DNA from: Methanobacteriota archaeon
Lineage (GTDB): Archaea; Thermoplasmatota; Thermoplasmata; SG8-5; JAGLSY01
Direction of reading: 5' to 3'
NCBI GenBank assembly: GCA_020697715.1
Contig: JAEHCO010000002.1
Span: forward strand, 1-64,000
Length of the DNA: 64,000 bases
This document shows, one piece after another, positions 1 through 10,256 of this stretch. Every line of letters begins with the position of its first letter. Position 1 is the stretch's first letter. Below the pieces are notes generated by a model. That model was not told the DNA's origin and ran no database searches. It worked only from the letters and a program-made list of their open reading frames with translations. The position numbers and the translations under genes are program-made.

Positions 1-369
1 TGGTCGCGGTTTCCCGCATTGCCAAGTTTTCGTAACTGCTGCGCCCCGTAGGGCCTGGATTCGTGTCTCAGAATCCATCTCCGGGCGACGTCTCCCAACG
101 CCCGTACCCGTCAGTGGCTAGTGGGTCCACTACACCCACTACTACCTGATAGGCCGCAGACTCATCCTAAGGCGCCGGAGCTTTGAACCATGAAGCATTC
201 CAGCATCCATGATCTATGGGGTATTATCTTCAGTTTCCCGAAATTATCCCCCACCTTAGGGCAGATTGTCCACGTGTTACTGAGCCGTATGCCGAGGGCC
301 GAACCCTCTCGACTCGCATGTCTTAATCGAATTCCAATAGCGGTGGCCGCCGGCAGGATCAACCGGAAT
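1..369 (-). rRNA. rrs: 16S rRNA, 5' portion (runs off the left edge of the window)
   Basis: Reverse complement begins ATTCCGGTTGATCCTGCCGG at 369 (archaeal 16S 5' end) and contains CCAGGCCCTACGGGGCGCAGCAG. Confidence 0.98.
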
Positions 370-666
370 TGATTGATCTCGCCTGGCCATTTCAATATTA
401 TCGATGTTCATAATTATACTACTCTCTCACTTGTTGAGTACTTGTTCGCAATTTTTGAGCAAACAAGGGTATTCAAGTCTCACCATATCGTCGAACGTCA
501 GACCCAAGAGATCTATTTGGTGAAGGGTTCTCAGGTCTCCATGTTTATACGCAATAATGGAGAATGTCCGATCATCGAATGGCTCTCTGCCTACTCTCAG
601 ACATACCGGATACTGCGATTTTGTCCATTAGTTGAATGCTAACGGGCTTCCCCCCAAAACCCCATG

Positions 667-687
667 TTGTATTTAATAGTTATTCCG
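667..687 (-). promoter_or_regulatory. Putative rRNA promoter (BRE/TATA)
   Basis: Minus strand CGGAATAACTATTAAATAC, a purine-rich BRE plus TATA-like box ~300 nt upstream of the mature 16S 5' end. A second TTATAT candidate lies near 735-745. Confidence 0.5.
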
Positions 688-794
688 TTCACAACGTAAA
701 ATATTGGGTATTCTTTAGTATTGTTGGTGATGGCATATAATACTTTGTATATTCATGAATATTGTGGCTCATTTATTTGACGCCATATAGCCAA

Positions 795-2060
795 CTACAA
801 TCGCCGGGAATCATAGACAAGGACATTCCCGTTCTTGATCACTGTTTGGACATGGTTCACACCAAAATGATAAGGTAAATGTTCATAATTCGGAATGTCG
901 AGTACGATCACATCCGCTCGCTTTCCGATCTCCAGTGAGCCAATGTCCGCCGCCCGGTCTATGGCATGGGCCGCGTTTATCGTCGCGCCCACGATGGCCT
1001 CCTCGGGTGTCATCTTCAGATTGTAGCATGCCAGTGATATTATGAACTGCATTGATTCGGTCCAGCAATTGGGATTGAGGTCGGTTGCGAGAGCCAAGGC
1101 CATTCCTTTTTCTATCATGCTCCTTGCCTTTGGATAATGCTCCGGGCTCTCCATGAGCGCGTACGGCGTGCCAGGTAGAAGAACACCGATGACGCCAGCC
1201 TTTCCCATCTTCTCCATCTGCTCGTCGGTTGTGACAGCCAGATGTTCGGCAGTTATCGCGCCAAGCTCAGCAGCCAGGTCCGAGCCGCCGAGGTTCTCTA
1301 TCTCATCGGCGTGGATCTTTAGCCCGAGGCCGTTCTTCTTGGCCTCGGTTAGCAATTTCTCGGAATGTGCTTTTGTGAACACATTCCTTTCGCAGAATAT
1401 GTCGCAGAACTCGGCCAATTTTTTATCAGCCAGCTCTGGAAGCATACTGATCATGAGATCAATGAATTCATCCGCACCGCCCGGTTTTCCCTTGAACTCC
1501 GGTGGTATGGCGTGGGCTCCCAGGAAGGTGGGTACAAGGTCTATCGGGTGGCTTTCATCAAGAGTCTGGATGACCTCCAATATCTTGAGTTCGTCCTCCA
1601 CATTTAATCCATATCCGCTCTTCGCTTCCACAGTGGTCGTACCGTGGACCAGCATCCTGTCCAGCCTTTTCTTCGCCTCGGCCGCCAGTTGTTCCTTGCT
1701 GGCCTTTCTCGTGGCTTCCATGGATCTCTGAATTCCACCGCCAGCCTCCAGAATTTCAAGGTAGGTCATGCCCTTCAGCTTCATGCCCAGCTCGTTCTCT
1801 CGCGAGCCAGCGAAAATAAGATGAGTGTGAGGATCGACAAAACCTGGCATTATGATCTTGCCAGTGCAGTCGATGACCTGGTCCGCATCCATCGAGATAT
1901 TCTTCCCGATCTCGATGATCCTGCCATCCTTGACAGCCACATCCCCTCCCTCGATGACTCCGAGATCGCTCATGCCCGCTCCTGTTCGAGGCTTGTTATT
2001 GGCTCCTGCAAGTGTAATTAACTGACTGGCATTCTTCAGGATAAGGTCTGCTTTGGTCAT
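795..2060 (-). CDS. hutI: Imidazolonepropionase
   Basis: PGFVDPHTHLIFAGSRENE, GTTTVEAKSGYGL, TFLGAHA, KIHADE and ALATDLNPN motifs. Confidence 0.95.
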   Translation of the reverse strand: MTKADLILKNASQLITLAGANNKPRTGAGMSDLGVIEGGDVAVKDGRIIEIGKNISMDADQVIDCTGKIIMPGFVDPHTHLIFAGSRENELGMKLKGMTYLEILEAGGGIQRSMEATRKASKEQLAAEAKKRLDRMLVHGTTTVEAKSGYGLNVEDELKILEVIQTLDESHPIDLVPTFLGAHAIPPEFKGKPGGADEFIDLMISMLPELADKKLAEFCDIFCERNVFTKAHSEKLLTEAKKNGLGLKIHADEIENLGGSDLAAELGAITAEHLAVTTDEQMEKMGKAGVIGVLLPGTPYALMESPEHYPKARSMIEKGMALALATDLNPNCWTESMQFIISLACYNLKMTPEEAIVGATINAAHAIDRAADIGSLEIGKRADVIVLDIPNYEHLPYHFGVNHVQTVIKNGNVLVYDSRRL

Positions 2061-2158
2061 CTTGTCAACTCCACTATATCTCTAATTAATAATATAGCAA
2101 TATAGTGAAGCAGATACTCTAATGATAAATAAATGATTTTGTGTATATGGTTCGTAAC

Positions 2159-5100
2159 TCATTTATCTTCGATGGATCCAGGTTCGAGATGTGGCTCTGG
2201 TCCTATGTCTGGCTCTGGAACCGCATCTGGTGCCGGAGGCGAAGCAACACCGTCTACGTCATCCATATTGCCTCCCTCTCCAATATCTTCTCCATTTTGT
2301 GCAAATGCCTCTTCATGAGACTGATCTCCTGGCACATGTGTCGGAGTCTTTTTCCTGCTCATTAATATGTAGATGAGTATTAGAGAGATTATTACCACTA
2401 TTATTATGATTATGAACCATAGATAATTCGTTTCGTCACCTGTGATATCAGGATTCTGTGGCTCGGGATCGCTTATGTCCGCGACCCCATCATCATCGTC
2501 ATCCGTATCCATCCAGTCCTCTGAATTATCTTCATCTCCATCCGGAATACCATCATTATCTGTATCGATTGGCTGGTCATTGGGATCTAATGGGTCAGTG
2601 TCCAGGAATTCCTCCCATTCATCCAGAAAACCATCATTGTCATCGTCTTCATCCAGATCATCAGGAATCCCATCTTCATCATTGTCATCCCAGGTGATGA
2701 ATGACCAAGAATATGATGAGGCTAGATTATTCTGTAAAGTGTTCATTATATCGGTTTCGATGCTTATTGAATACAGTGTGCCTGGTACTAGATCATCGGT
2801 TGGTGTGATGGTCAGGGTCATATCATTGGCCGACCACTGGAAGATAGCTGTGATCGATGGATTGATAGTTATATTTCCCTCGACCGAAGTCGCGTCCATG
2901 GCCATATTGAACTCTATTATGATTATCGTATCTGCTGGCACATCTTTGGAATTATCATCTGGGAACACGGATACGATCTTTGGAGGTGTGTCATCATGCA
3001 GTGTGCGGAAGGACCAGGAATGATCATCACCAGCAATGGTATCATTATTTCCATCCAATAGATTTCCGTCAGTGTCCTTCGCGATGCTTCCATTTATTGT
3101 CACAATGTAATCGGTATCAAAGGCCAGCATATCTGTTGGATCAAAAGTGAATATGTTCTCGATCATATTCCAGGAGCCAGTTCCATTGTCCTTGGTCCAG
3201 GTATCTATGCCATCAGTCAAGCTGAATGCATTTTCAACACTGGCTGTATCCATTTCTTCGCTAAATGTGATCATGATCAATGCCGCATTTTCAATATCGA
3301 CATTTCCATCTGCTGGATTGGTTGCCCAAATGACCGGTGATATGGTATCATCAGCCCTGCATCTTGCCTCTTTCGAGTAGCTGGATTCCGGGTTTATCGC
3401 TGTGATCACATAATATGAATCTTCAGCTTTCTCTGCATCATGGTCCGTGTAAGCAGTCCTCTCATCCGTGGTGTCCAGTAAGGTGTAAGGTCCACCACTG
3501 GCATTGGATCTGTAAATATTATATCCTGATACAGAGTTCTCATCATTCGCGCTCCATGTTAGGTCCACATATCCTTCAGTGGTATTGAAAGCATGGAGGG
3601 CCAGTGGTGTATCCATCGGTATTTGATCAGACACAGGATAAACATTTAGATATGACCAGAAATTGTCATTTCCATCAAGCATGTTCACCCAGCCGTCGAA
3701 CCCATCGACCCTGTGGGCATTGTTCTGCCTGTGATGTAGTACTGGGATATACGGAACCTGCGAAGCCAGATAACCTTCGCAGTCCTGCGCGTACTGGGCT
3801 CGCATGTCAGGGTCTAACTCTGCTTCCATCTTCTCAAGCAGAGTGTCCATATATGTATCATTGTAATTCGCATAGTTCATTGCCGAAGTGCTGTGGGCCA
3901 GATCATAAAGGAACGATGGATCATGGCTTCCCTCGATATATTCAAAATACATGTCAAAATCATCGTTCATGACATCGGCCATGTTAACGGCCGATGTGTT
4001 GGAGCGCATCACAGCATTGATGCCGATATCCTGCATCCAGCCCACGATCACGTAGGCCATGACATTCATGGTGATGTCCATCATAGGAGGCCCGAACAAT
4101 GTAATATTGAAAGATTCGTAAGGGCTATATGGCAGATCTCTCCAGCCATCCCCGTCCCGGTCGTAGAATCCTGCATTGCTCAGTATATTGTTTGCCATTG
4201 CTACATCCGCCCTGTATGCTTCCAGAGTTTTATTGCAGTAAGGATAATCAAAGCGGTTCAATATGGAATCAGCTTTATCGAGCCCACCGCCTATATCGAA
4301 TACTCTGAGGCTTTCTTTATTGACCCCATGTGCCACAGCTCTTCTGAACTCAGAATTGTTCATTGGCTCTTCCTGTGTATTGAATCCGATATACTGGAGA
4401 CCGGAGCCGACATTTCTTTTTACAGATATCTCTGAATTCTGTACAAGATTGGTGTAATTCCCACTGTCAGCTGGCATCTCGATCATTTCCGTGGTCTCAT
4501 TGCTCCAAAGGCTCCAGCCTATGTAGTCCAGCTCTCCTTCGATCAGATCGGTAGACGCCCGGTAAACCCCCCACAGCTCATCTTCATAGGATTCATAGGT
4601 CACGGGATCATCTGGATAGTAGGTGAAGGTGATCGAATCCACATTGGCGCTGCCCATAAAATAATCCTCATACGCAATAAGTTCCAGGCTATCGCCGATA
4701 ACTCTGTCGCCAAGCATGAAAGGACCGCATCCATTCTCTCCACTGGATTTAGCGAATCCAGTGGCGAACAGAGGCATTTGAAAAGCCTCTGAGAACAATG
4801 ACGCGTCCGGTGAATTGAGGATGAAGATGACGGTGTGATCATCCACCACACCCACGGAACTGATATACGAGTACGCGTAGGTGTCGAAGGTGTATTTCAC
4901 ATCACTGGCTGTCAGGCTGCTTCCATCGTGCCATGTGACATTTTCTCGAATATTGACGGTGACCATCGTATTGTTCCCGGCAATGATCCAGCTCTCTGCC
5001 ACCCAGGGTATGATCTCCATGGTCTGGGGGTCTATCCGGGTCAGTGAGTCGTATACAAGATCGATGACATTGTCTGTATTCTTATCGGCGGATATCAGCG

Positions 5101-7567
5101 GGTTTATCTGGCCAGGCTCATCTTGAAGTGCCACTCTTAAGTTGCCTCCAGTGTATTTTTCCGATATTATATCGCTCAAGGCCCCTGTGCTATTGTACTG
5201 GATAATATGAGGCGAATAGAAATCGATAGGATGTGTTACGGAAGCCGTTCCATCATTGGCCGATATGAAGTATTCGATATTATTGGGGATTGGGTTGGCA
5301 GAGGATATATTTGCGGAATAAGCATGCCCTCCATCATCTGTCATCGCGATGGATGTGAATGCCGTCTGCCCTACTTTTCTATAGGATAATGTGGCCTCGT
5401 TGATCCCCACATTATCAGAAATTATCGCATTTATGGTAAATGACTCGTTTGTGTAAATTAATACTGGCTGATGTGTGATCTTCGGAGTGCCTTGGCCGTA
5501 GACCTCTATCGAATAAGGGGCTGTGGTCGGATTGGTGGCTGGCAATGTCACTACATTACCATTCACATCCTCCACTTTCAAATAATATACGATCTCGCCC
5601 AGTTCTGTCTGAGGCGGGATCTCGGAATAATATGTATTGGTCCCCATTTTCGTTATATGGGTCATGGTGAAAAGGGTGTCACCCACATTTTTGTAATACA
5701 TTTCAGTGGCCAGTAGTTTGAAATCACTTTCAATATTGACCACTATAGGTGTGATATAATTCACACTTGTCATGATCTCTGGAGAATGGGAGATACCTAT
5801 CTGATATGGGCTGTCGACTGTGAAATTCCAGTTCCGGATGCTCATCGTGCCAGCCATATCACTGACAGACACGATCGCATTGTGGACGCCATTGGTCAGC
5901 GGGATATTTGGTTGGTAACGGATAAATCCACTCATATATTTGTCATTGTAAGGGTCTTCATTGAAAATGCTTGTCGCCCAGGCAGTTACATCCACTCCAT
6001 CCACAACTATGCTTGCGGAATATCTGTCCAGCTCGCTATTATTCGTGACAGAGAAGAAGGCGTAGATGTAAGACATTGGATCTTCAATTATCTCATCTTC
6101 CTCTGGCATAATGCTATCAAAATCAGGATATGATCTGTCCAGGATAAGTGACACTGGAACTAAGGCCAGGTCATTCACCGCATCTGTGCCGATATATATT
6201 CCGGCATAGTATTCTCCATCACTGTAGCTCGCAGGTATGTTCCAGGTAAGATCAAATTCTCTTTGGCTGAGAGCTGGTAAAGGACTGTTGTCCACACCTG
6301 TGACATTGAATATCCCTGGCATTTTGGATAACTGATTTAAAAATAAATCAAAATGGCCTGGGTTAGCGTTGACCGTGTACCCCAGGACCTGGATGATGTA
6401 GTCGCCATCCGGTGGTCTGATGAACCTCAGAGCTTCATCCGCATCCATATCCGCACAGTAAGCATAGCTGCCAGATCCATACAAACTGCCGTAGGCATCG
6501 AACTCGATATCATCCTGCGTGATGATCTCCTCCAATTGGGCTATACCATCCTTTGGCTGGCCGTTAAGACCATCCAGGTACACTGCCAGATCAAGATCAG
6601 GGCATGTTGCATCTCCTCGAATGTGGACATCCCAGATCGATGTGTTCTCTAATGTCACGACCTTGGTGTAATTACTAGATGTCAAGAGTGAGAGCCATCC
6701 TTCCATTGTACCATTGTCAATGGATAGGTCGTCCTTGTAAACTTCTTCATCCAGGAACTCTGTGCGATTGGAATTCAGAATAGTGACATTCACATCATCT
6801 AGATCATCATCTGCCCAAAATGATACCTCTCTTGAGCCAGTCAGTGAGTTTGTATGAATATCCATCTCTTCAGGATATGTGGTTATCGTGATAGGAATAA
6901 CAGTCCATGTACAATTCTCCGTAATATTGAACCAGTATCCCTCACCTCTCTTGAGAGTATGATTATCAGGCAAATCATGCGCTACTGGGAAATTCTCAGT
7001 GATATTGGTTATATTTCCCTGGACATTCATTATCTCTGGCATCTGAGCTTTCAAATCTCCTACTGTGAATGTTGAATCATCCAATGTCGGATACCCAACC
7101 ATGTTCCAATTTCCACTCGGAGAATCATCAACCCAAAGATCAATTGCATTTGGGGATGGCAGGGTTCCATTGACCCTCAGGAAACCATCGCTTCCGACAT
7201 CTGTTATATTCACATACAGGCCCATTGTGTTATCAATGGTTGGCAAGTCCCAAAGAGCAGGCGGCATGGCGGAATTATATGTTTTCCAGTGATCTGCTAT
7301 ATCCAGTGGATTATACCATTGAACAATATCTAGAACAGTGTCTCCACCATCATCATCCAGTACTGTTGGTACATCACCAGATACTTCCAATGGTATCGAG
7401 ATAAAGTTCCAGCCAAGTACAACTGGAATGTCAAATGTAGTGTCTCCTGCCATTATCTCGGGCACAGCCAGTTCTTCTCCACTGGCTGTCTCCTCTATTG
7501 AAAAAATTGTGGATATGCCACCTAATGTTAACATCATGCTCAGCATAATTACTATGAATTTCTTCAT
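2159..7567 (-). CDS. ~1800-aa membrane-anchored surface protein with a central family-5 (peptide ABC) solute-binding domain, PPC-like, Ig-like, Fn3 and Ca-binding repeats
   Basis: Signal peptide MKKFIVIML after a GAGGTGG RBS; VYDSLTRID...WHDGSSLTASDVKYTF and FRRAVAHGVNKE SBP5 motifs; FSEEMD/FNMAMD Ig modules; DDNDEDGIPD repeats; C-terminal TM plus acidic tail. Confidence 0.8.
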   Translation of the reverse strand: MKKFIVIMLSMMLTLGGISTIFSIEETASGEELAVPEIMAGDTTFDIPVVLGWNFISIPLEVSGDVPTVLDDDGGDTVLDIVQWYNPLDIADHWKTYNSAMPPALWDLPTIDNTMGLYVNITDVGSDGFLRVNGTLPSPNAIDLWVDDSPSGNWNMVGYPTLDDSTFTVGDLKAQMPEIMNVQGNITNITENFPVAHDLPDNHTLKRGEGYWFNITENCTWTVIPITITTYPEEMDIHTNSLTGSREVSFWADDDLDDVNVTILNSNRTEFLDEEVYKDDLSIDNGTMEGWLSLLTSSNYTKVVTLENTSIWDVHIRGDATCPDLDLAVYLDGLNGQPKDGIAQLEEIITQDDIEFDAYGSLYGSGSYAYCADMDADEALRFIRPPDGDYIIQVLGYTVNANPGHFDLFLNQLSKMPGIFNVTGVDNSPLPALSQREFDLTWNIPASYSDGEYYAGIYIGTDAVNDLALVPVSLILDRSYPDFDSIMPEEDEIIEDPMSYIYAFFSVTNNSELDRYSASIVVDGVDVTAWATSIFNEDPYNDKYMSGFIRYQPNIPLTNGVHNAIVSVSDMAGTMSIRNWNFTVDSPYQIGISHSPEIMTSVNYITPIVVNIESDFKLLATEMYYKNVGDTLFTMTHITKMGTNTYYSEIPPQTELGEIVYYLKVEDVNGNVVTLPATNPTTAPYSIEVYGQGTPKITHQPVLIYTNESFTINAIISDNVGINEATLSYRKVGQTAFTSIAMTDDGGHAYSANISSANPIPNNIEYFISANDGTASVTHPIDFYSPHIIQYNSTGALSDIISEKYTGGNLRVALQDEPGQINPLISADKNTDNVIDLVYDSLTRIDPQTMEIIPWVAESWIIAGNNTMVTVNIRENVTWHDGSSLTASDVKYTFDTYAYSYISSVGVVDDHTVIFILNSPDASLFSEAFQMPLFATGFAKSSGENGCGPFMLGDRVIGDSLELIAYEDYFMGSANVDSITFTYYPDDPVTYESYEDELWGVYRASTDLIEGELDYIGWSLWSNETTEMIEMPADSGNYTNLVQNSEISVKRNVGSGLQYIGFNTQEEPMNNSEFRRAVAHGVNKESLRVFDIGGGLDKADSILNRFDYPYCNKTLEAYRADVAMANNILSNAGFYDRDGDGWRDLPYSPYESFNITLFGPPMMDITMNVMAYVIVGWMQDIGINAVMRSNTSAVNMADVMNDDFDMYFEYIEGSHDPSFLYDLAHSTSAMNYANYNDTYMDTLLEKMEAELDPDMRAQYAQDCEGYLASQVPYIPVLHHRQNNAHRVDGFDGWVNMLDGNDNFWSYLNVYPVSDQIPMDTPLALHAFNTTEGYVDLTWSANDENSVSGYNIYRSNASGGPYTLLDTTDERTAYTDHDAEKAEDSYYVITAINPESSYSKEARCRADDTISPVIWATNPADGNVDIENAALIMITFSEEMDTASVENAFSLTDGIDTWTKDNGTGSWNMIENIFTFDPTDMLAFDTDYIVTINGSIAKDTDGNLLDGNNDTIAGDDHSWSFRTLHDDTPPKIVSVFPDDNSKDVPADTIIIIEFNMAMDATSVEGNITINPSITAIFQWSANDMTLTITPTDDLVPGTLYSISIETDIMNTLQNNLASSYSWSFITWDDNDEDGIPDDLDEDDDNDGFLDEWEEFLDTDPLDPNDQPIDTDNDGIPDGDEDNSEDWMDTDDDDDGVADISDPEPQNPDITGDETNYLWFIIIIIVVIISLILIYILMSRKKTPTHVPGDQSHEEAFAQNGEDIGEGGNMDDVDGVASPPAPDAVPEPDIGPEPHLEPGSIEDK

Positions 7568-7689
7568 CTCTTCCACCTCATTGCTTACTTGTTTATTACA
7601 AACATTATGTCTTAAGTTCATATAAAAGTAGTTTGGTACACTATTTTGTAAACATCATATTTATCTATCTCTAATCAATCCCTCGGCTC

Positions 7690-8559
7690 ATGGATATGAC
7701 AGCCCAGTGCGTTCATTGTGTTCTGAGACGGATCCAGTGGGAGACCGGAATAGTAGACTCTTCAAAGGAGATGGAGATCATGGAGGTCGCTCTCCAGGAG
7801 ATAGCTAGAGGTTTCAAGCCGGGGGTGAATTCTGCCGCGACAGCTACCAAAGTACACAAGTTGGTCTATGACATGCTCGGCCAGGACCCGTATCTTGAGT
7901 TGAAGAAGCACAGCACGAAAGTATCTTTACTTCTTTATCCGAGAGCCAGGGCTTATGTCGAGGCCGCGGACGATCAATTCCGAGCAGCCGCCATTGCCGC
8001 CATAATCGGCAATGTTCTGGACTTTGGCATCAATCAGAAACTGGATGACCTGACATATCTGGAAAGGGAATTTGACGAGCTTTTGAAAGAAGAGCTCGGC
8101 ATCGATGATATCGAGACCATCAGAAGCAAGCTGGCATCTGCCAAAAAGGTGGCTTTCCTCACTGACAATTGCGGTGAGATCGTCTTCGACAAATTGCTGG
8201 TGGAACAGATCCGCAAGTTCGAGAATATTGAAGAGATAGTGCTGGTGGTCAAGGGCGAGCCCATACTCACGGATGCCACACCCGAGGATGCGAAAGAGGT
8301 CGGACTGGCTCAGATGTTCGACCGCATGATAACTACGGAAGCCTTCGCAGTTGGGCTTCCGATTTACGATATGCCGGAGGAGCTGGATACACTTCTAAAA
8401 GAGGCCGACCTGATAGTTGCCAAAGGAATGGGAAATTATGAGTCGCTAACGCATACAGATTACAAGCCAGTCGCATATCTCATGCGAACAAAATGCAAAC
8501 CTGTGGCAGAGTCTGCTGGTGCGCCACTGGACAGAAATGTTGCCAAGTTGGTTGTTTGA
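7690..8559 (+). CDS. DUF89/ARMT1-family damage-control phosphatase
   Basis: CxxC N-terminus, DPY, GNVLDFG, DNCGEIVFD, KGMGNYESL, KCxPVA. Confidence 0.9.
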   Translation: MDMTAQCVHCVLRRIQWETGIVDSSKEMEIMEVALQEIARGFKPGVNSAATATKVHKLVYDMLGQDPYLELKKHSTKVSLLLYPRARAYVEAADDQFRAAAIAAIIGNVLDFGINQKLDDLTYLEREFDELLKEELGIDDIETIRSKLASAKKVAFLTDNCGEIVFDKLLVEQIRKFENIEEIVLVVKGEPILTDATPEDAKEVGLAQMFDRMITTEAFAVGLPIYDMPEELDTLLKEADLIVAKGMGNYESLTHTDYKPVAYLMRTKCKPVAESAGAPLDRNVAKLVV

Positions 8560-8609
8560 GTTGGCTTGAATTATTAGAGCAAACTCCACAAACTCTCCAA
8601 CTCTATAAA

Positions 8610-9131
8610 CTACAATTTCTTTTCATAGCAGAAATATGGTTCCTGCCTCTCATCCAATGACACCTTGCCAGCTTTTTTGAATCCGTGAGCCTCGATAAAT
8701 TTTATCACTCTTTTATTGGCCGAGTAGGTGTCCAGCCTCGCAATATTGAAACCAAGCTTTTTTGCCTTCTCATCCATCATATCCAGGAATCTCCGCGCAA
8801 GTCCTTTCCCTTGCGCGTCTGGGTGCACCGCTATCCTGTGGAATACGATGATCTTGCCCTTGGTGTGCTTCCATTTGACATTTTGATACTCCGGATGCTG
8901 GAACTTATCCATCACCACTGCTCCGATGACCTTTCTGTCATTGTCTGGATCGCGCACTATGTATAGGCTGCCAGCTTCCATATCACTTGTTAGTAATTGT
9001 CTATCTGGATAGGTATCGTCCCATTGTATCAATTTTTCTGACTCCATTTGTCGGATGCAATCAGAATAAAGGGAAAAGACGTGTTCCATATCTTCCATTT
9101 TCGCTTGCTTGACATTCAAATCGTTATGCAT
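8610..9131 (-). CDS. GNAT family N-acetyltransferase
   Basis: QWDDTYP, RIAVHPDAQGKGLA, RLDTYSAN. Confidence 0.88.
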   Translation of the reverse strand: MHNDLNVKQAKMEDMEHVFSLYSDCIRQMESEKLIQWDDTYPDRQLLTSDMEAGSLYIVRDPDNDRKVIGAVVMDKFQHPEYQNVKWKHTKGKIIVFHRIAVHPDAQGKGLARRFLDMMDEKAKKLGFNIARLDTYSANKRVIKFIEAHGFKKAGKVSLDERQEPYFCYEKKL

Positions 9132-9269
9132 ATATCACATAGTAATGTTATATCGTATTATTAATTATCATAAGAATGTTGGTGGTTAACTAAGAAGTTA
9201 ACTCAGTTATAATTGATCTATATTATAATGGATAAATGATGGATCGAAGACTAAGATATCCGAGTAAAA

Positions 9270-9434
9270 TTATACTGGCCAGGCATAGTGGGCGTAGGTC
9301 ACGAAGACGGTCGCTATAATTGACATTGCTACAACGAACCATGGATTGATCTTGATAGCCTTATCATCTTCCTGGTCGAAGTAACGGATCAGACCTGCTG
9401 CGGATTGGAATCCTGCACCTTTCTTCTTTGCCAT
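9270..9434 (-). CDS. secG: Preprotein translocase subunit Sec61beta/SecG
   Basis: GFQSAAGLIRYFD...IKINP followed by one TM; start moved to MAKKKG. Confidence 0.92.
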   Translation of the reverse strand: MAKKKGAGFQSAAGLIRYFDQEDDKAIKINPWFVVAMSIIATVFVTYAHYAWPV

Positions 9435-9537
9435 ATTATCGAGCCGAAATAAAGGAGTCGGATATATAACGATTTCGCTTGAAATCTCCATTATGGACTA
9501 TTATGTTCTATTCTATGTTATATAATTGACATATACA

Positions 9538-10107
9538 TCAATATAGCCAGCCCTCGCCCTCACCTTCAAGAGGACATCCCTCGCATCGTCCCATCTTGGA
9601 TGACTGGCAGCTGGATCCTTTTGCTCCGCCCTTGCCCATCTTCTTCTCCCATGAAGCCTCATCTATGGTCAATTGCACTGGTTGGACAAAATCCTTCTCG
9701 GATGTGATTATTATATTGAAATCCACATCCGTCACATGCTCATTGGTCCGGATGTGATTGTTCACGATAGATTCCAGGCTGGATATCTTCTCACTCATGA
9801 AAAAGAGAGTGAGATTATTGCGGCCTGAAACTGTAAAACCATTAGCGAAATAAGGACACCCGCGGAATATGTCGAGCACGCGGGCGGTGTTCGTGCTGGC
9901 AATGTCCACTTTGGCCATGAATAAACCCATTTTGAAAGGGTTGATCCCGGTGGCGGTGTCCAATGCGCCACCTTCTCTCAGTTTCCTTATTCGTACGGCA
10001 ACAGAGGGCTGTGAGAGTCCCAGTGCTCGTGCGATATCATCCTGGGAAACTTCTGGATCATTTGAATACATTGATATTATCACTCTATCTTTCTCATCTA
10101 TCTTCAT
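9538..10107 (-). CDS. Lrp/AsnC transcriptional regulator with Cys-containing C-terminal tail
   Basis: IDEKDRVII...SQDDIARALGLSQPSVAVRIRKL HTH, RAM-like domain, C-terminal C...CEGCP. Confidence 0.88.
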   Translation of the reverse strand: MKIDEKDRVIISMYSNDPEVSQDDIARALGLSQPSVAVRIRKLREGGALDTATGINPFKMGLFMAKVDIASTNTARVLDIFRGCPYFANGFTVSGRNNLTLFFMSEKISSLESIVNNHIRTNEHVTDVDFNIIITSEKDFVQPVQLTIDEASWEKKMGKGGAKGSSCQSSKMGRCEGCPLEGEGEGWLY

Positions 10108-10256
10108 TATACTACCTCTAAGCTGGCTATATTGTTCATTGTATAAGTTATTGTATAGTTTTCTATTATTTATAGTTTATTTTGGAATATCATTTATCAA
10201 CCATAGTGGAAGCCTATATATTTTATAGTTGATATGGAGGTTTAAGGTGAAAAAAG

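Noticed and set aside
162-642. Short ORFs at the window start
   Set aside because: They overlap the 16S rRNA and its leader and are spurious.
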